DNA from: Leucoraja erinacea
Taxonomy: Eukaryota
Length of the DNA stretch: 64,000 nucleotides
Assembly (NCBI RefSeq): GCF_028641065.1
Contig: NC_073385.1
Location: 41,416,001-41,480,000 of the forward strand
Direction: 5' to 3'
Of the stretch, positions 61,617-64,000 are shown piece by piece (positions within the stretch are counted from its first letter, which is position 1; every line of letters starts with the position of its first letter). The notes beneath the pieces were generated by a model, which saw only the letters and a program-made list of their open reading frames with translations, did not search any database and was not told the origin of the DNA. A program made the translations under genes and the position numbers.

Positions 61617-62790
61617 TAGACAAAAATGCTGGAGAAACTCAGCGGGTGAGGCAGCATCAATGGAGCGAAGGAAATAGGTGACGTTTCAGGTCGAGACCCT
61701 TCTTCAGACTGATGTGCGGGTGGGGGGGACGGGAAGAAAAAAAGGAAGAGGCGGAGACAGTGGGCTGAGGGAGAGCTGGGAAGGGGAGGAGAAAGCAGGG
61801 ACTACCTGAAATTGGAGAAGTCAATGTTCATACCGTTGGGGTGTAAACAACCCAAGCGAAATATGAGGTGCTCCTCCTCCAATTTACGGTGGGCCTCACT
61901 CTGGCCATGGAAGAGGCACAGGACAGAAAGGTCGGATTCAGAATGGGAGGGGGAGTTGAAGTGCTGAGCCACCGGGAGATCAGGTTGGTTATTGCGAACC
62001 GCGCGGAGGTGTTGGGCGAAGCGATCGCCAAGCCTACGCTTAGTCTCACCAATGTAGAGCAACTGACACCTAGAGCAGCGGATGCAATAGATGAGGTTGG
62101 AGGAGGTGCAGGCGAACCTCTGTCGCACCTGGAAAGACTGCTTGGGTCCTTGAATGGAGTCAAGGGGGGAGGTAAAGCGACAAGTGTAGTATTCCCTGCA
62201 GTTGCAAGGGAAAGTGCCAGGAGAGGGGGTGGTTTGGGTGGGAAGGGGCGAATCGACCAGGGAGTTACGGAGGGAACGGTCTCTGTGGATAGCCAACAGG
62301 GGAGGAGATGGGAAGATGTGGCCAGTGGTGGGATCCCATTGGTAGACAAAAAAGCTGGAGAAAATCAGCGGGTAAGGCAACATCTCTGGAGCGAAGGAAT
62401 AGGCGATGTTTCGGGTCGAGACCCTTCTTCAGATTGATGCCGGGCGGGATGGGGGAAGACACAAAAAAGAAAGGAAGAGGCGGAGACAGTAGGCTGTGGG
62501 AGAGCTTGGAATGAGAGGAGAAGGAGGGAGAAAGCAAGGACTACCTGAAATTAGAGAAGCCAATGTTCATACCCCTGGGGTGTAAACTACCCAAGCAAAA
62601 TATGAGGTGCTGCTCCTCCAAAATGAGGTGGGGCTCATTCTGGCCATGGAAGAGGACCGGGACAAAGGTCAAATTCGGAATGGGAGGGGGAGTTGAAGTG
62701 TTGAGCCACCAGGAGATCAGGTTGGTTATTGCGAGCTGAGTGGAGGTGTTGTGCGAAGCGATCGCCAAGCCTGGGCTTGGTCTCACTGAG
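61617..62790 (-). mobile_element. Tandem head-to-tail Penelope 3' units (GIY-YIG plus HHR terminus, twice)
   Basis: Two copies of the GIY-YIG C-terminus (..HLIFxLGxLHPxGMNIxFSNFR*), each followed by CTGAAGAAGGGTCTCGACC(C/T)GAAAC at 62432 and 61707. Confidence 0.88.
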
Positions 62791-64000
62791 GTTGATCGTA
62801 CGCTGAATAATTCAACCACATTCTTGTTTGGAAATGGAAAGAAATAATAGAAATTGCATTCATTGCAACGTGTAAAAAGAGTTGAGATACTGTATTGTAG
62901 TTTTGCTGCATGTCATTGTGGTATATATCATGTCTTGATTGGTGAATATGGTTAGTTTGTGACTTTATTTGAAGCAGAAATAATATGTGAATGCTTTATT
63001 GAGCATAGTTCCGACTGGTAACTAAGCACTTTGTCCGAGCTCATTATCGCACGCATCATGCAAGCTGTCTTAAATGACCACCTAAACTGTCATTTGGCAA
63101 CCTAAAAAGCTGCCAAGGTTGCCAGGCTGACAACTGAGAAAAAAAGCTATGTGAGAGCTCTGCAAGGTGTATAATATTTTTGACATTGTCATAGGCCTTT
63201 CTTACATATGCTGTCATAACGCACTGTAGTCTCTAAACAACCCTTCAGTAATTTTCCTTGCCCTCCATTTCAGAATAATAGTATTTTAAGCCGATAACTC
63301 GACACTAGCACTGGCAATAAATAAATAAGCGCAGCTTTCCAGCCCCTTATCTTATTGGCTACGCTCGGCTGCAAATCGGTGTCAATTTGGTGGACCATTT
63401 TCCTCTAGTCGTGGGGGTGGGGGATTGGGAGGGGCCTCATGTGGAACAGCCTAGGGCCTCTCTTCATCTAAATCCTGCCCTGAACTCCAGCCAGGCTGGA
63501 GCCAGCAGATCCGTTCCCATAGCCAACTTCCTGATTCCTGATACCTGCTGATTTTACAGGCCGGTATCTCAGCCCCCAAGGCTGTGACCTCTGGTCCGGC
63601 AAAACAAATAATCCAGAAAGGCTCTGGAACCAAGGACGCCAGAAAATCAGTGGTGGACCTGTAACATGCAACGGATTTTGCACTTGGTAGACATGTTAAC
63701 CTTCATCAAACTTATGTTAACCTTTTAATCTGAGCTAATATTTTACATGAGCAGTCTGGACTCTAAAGTATTGAGTGCCACTGTGGTCACTTGAGTGACC
63801 CAGGCTCATTCCAGACTTCTAGTGCTGTCTGCCTTGTGTCTGCACGTTCTCCTGGAAATTGTGGTACTCCTATTCCCTCCCACATCCCAAGCACATAAAT
63901 GTTGATGGGTTAATTGGCCACATTTAAATTATCCCTGGCCTATATGTGGGGAGCAGAATTGATGAGAACATGGTATGAATAGATTATAGGGAAAAGTAGT

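Overview
Eukaryotic, repeat-rich vertebrate DNA, most likely a cartilaginous fish (skate/ray; inferred from HE1/V-SINE-like SINEs and the CR1 and Penelope families). It is the conserved NUBPL-DTD2-HEATR5A neighbourhood. NUBPL exons 1-6 lie on the minus strand and the gene continues off the left edge. A complete 3-exon DTD2 (ATD-type) and HEATR5A exons 1-6 lie on the plus strand; HEATR5A has an apparent 1-nt homopolymer frameshift. Between NUBPL and DTD2 is an intact two-exon Myb/SANT (trihelix-like, probably PIF/Harbinger-derived) gene, head-to-head with NUBPL. Main surprises: (i) over 20 copies of a minimal hammerhead-ribozyme-like motif (CUGAAGA-A-stem II-GAAAC-GUH) at Penelope-like element termini, including young hairpin insertions with 14-16-bp TSDs and a tandem HHR-to-HHR 725-nt unit with an intact GIY-YIG ORF; (ii) an orphan TFIIS/TCEA first exon with its own bidirectional CpG promoter inside NUBPL intron 1, phase-compatible with NUBPL exon 2 and enclosed by an inverted duplication; (iii) 15-23-bp insertions with 8-bp duplications in the DTD2 promoter. 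Other repeats: CR1, L2, Rex1/Babar, an RLE (Hero-like) LINE, Tc1, hAT, Helitron and SINEs. There is one 164-N gap. All calls were made by eye with no database searches; repeat boundaries are approximate.
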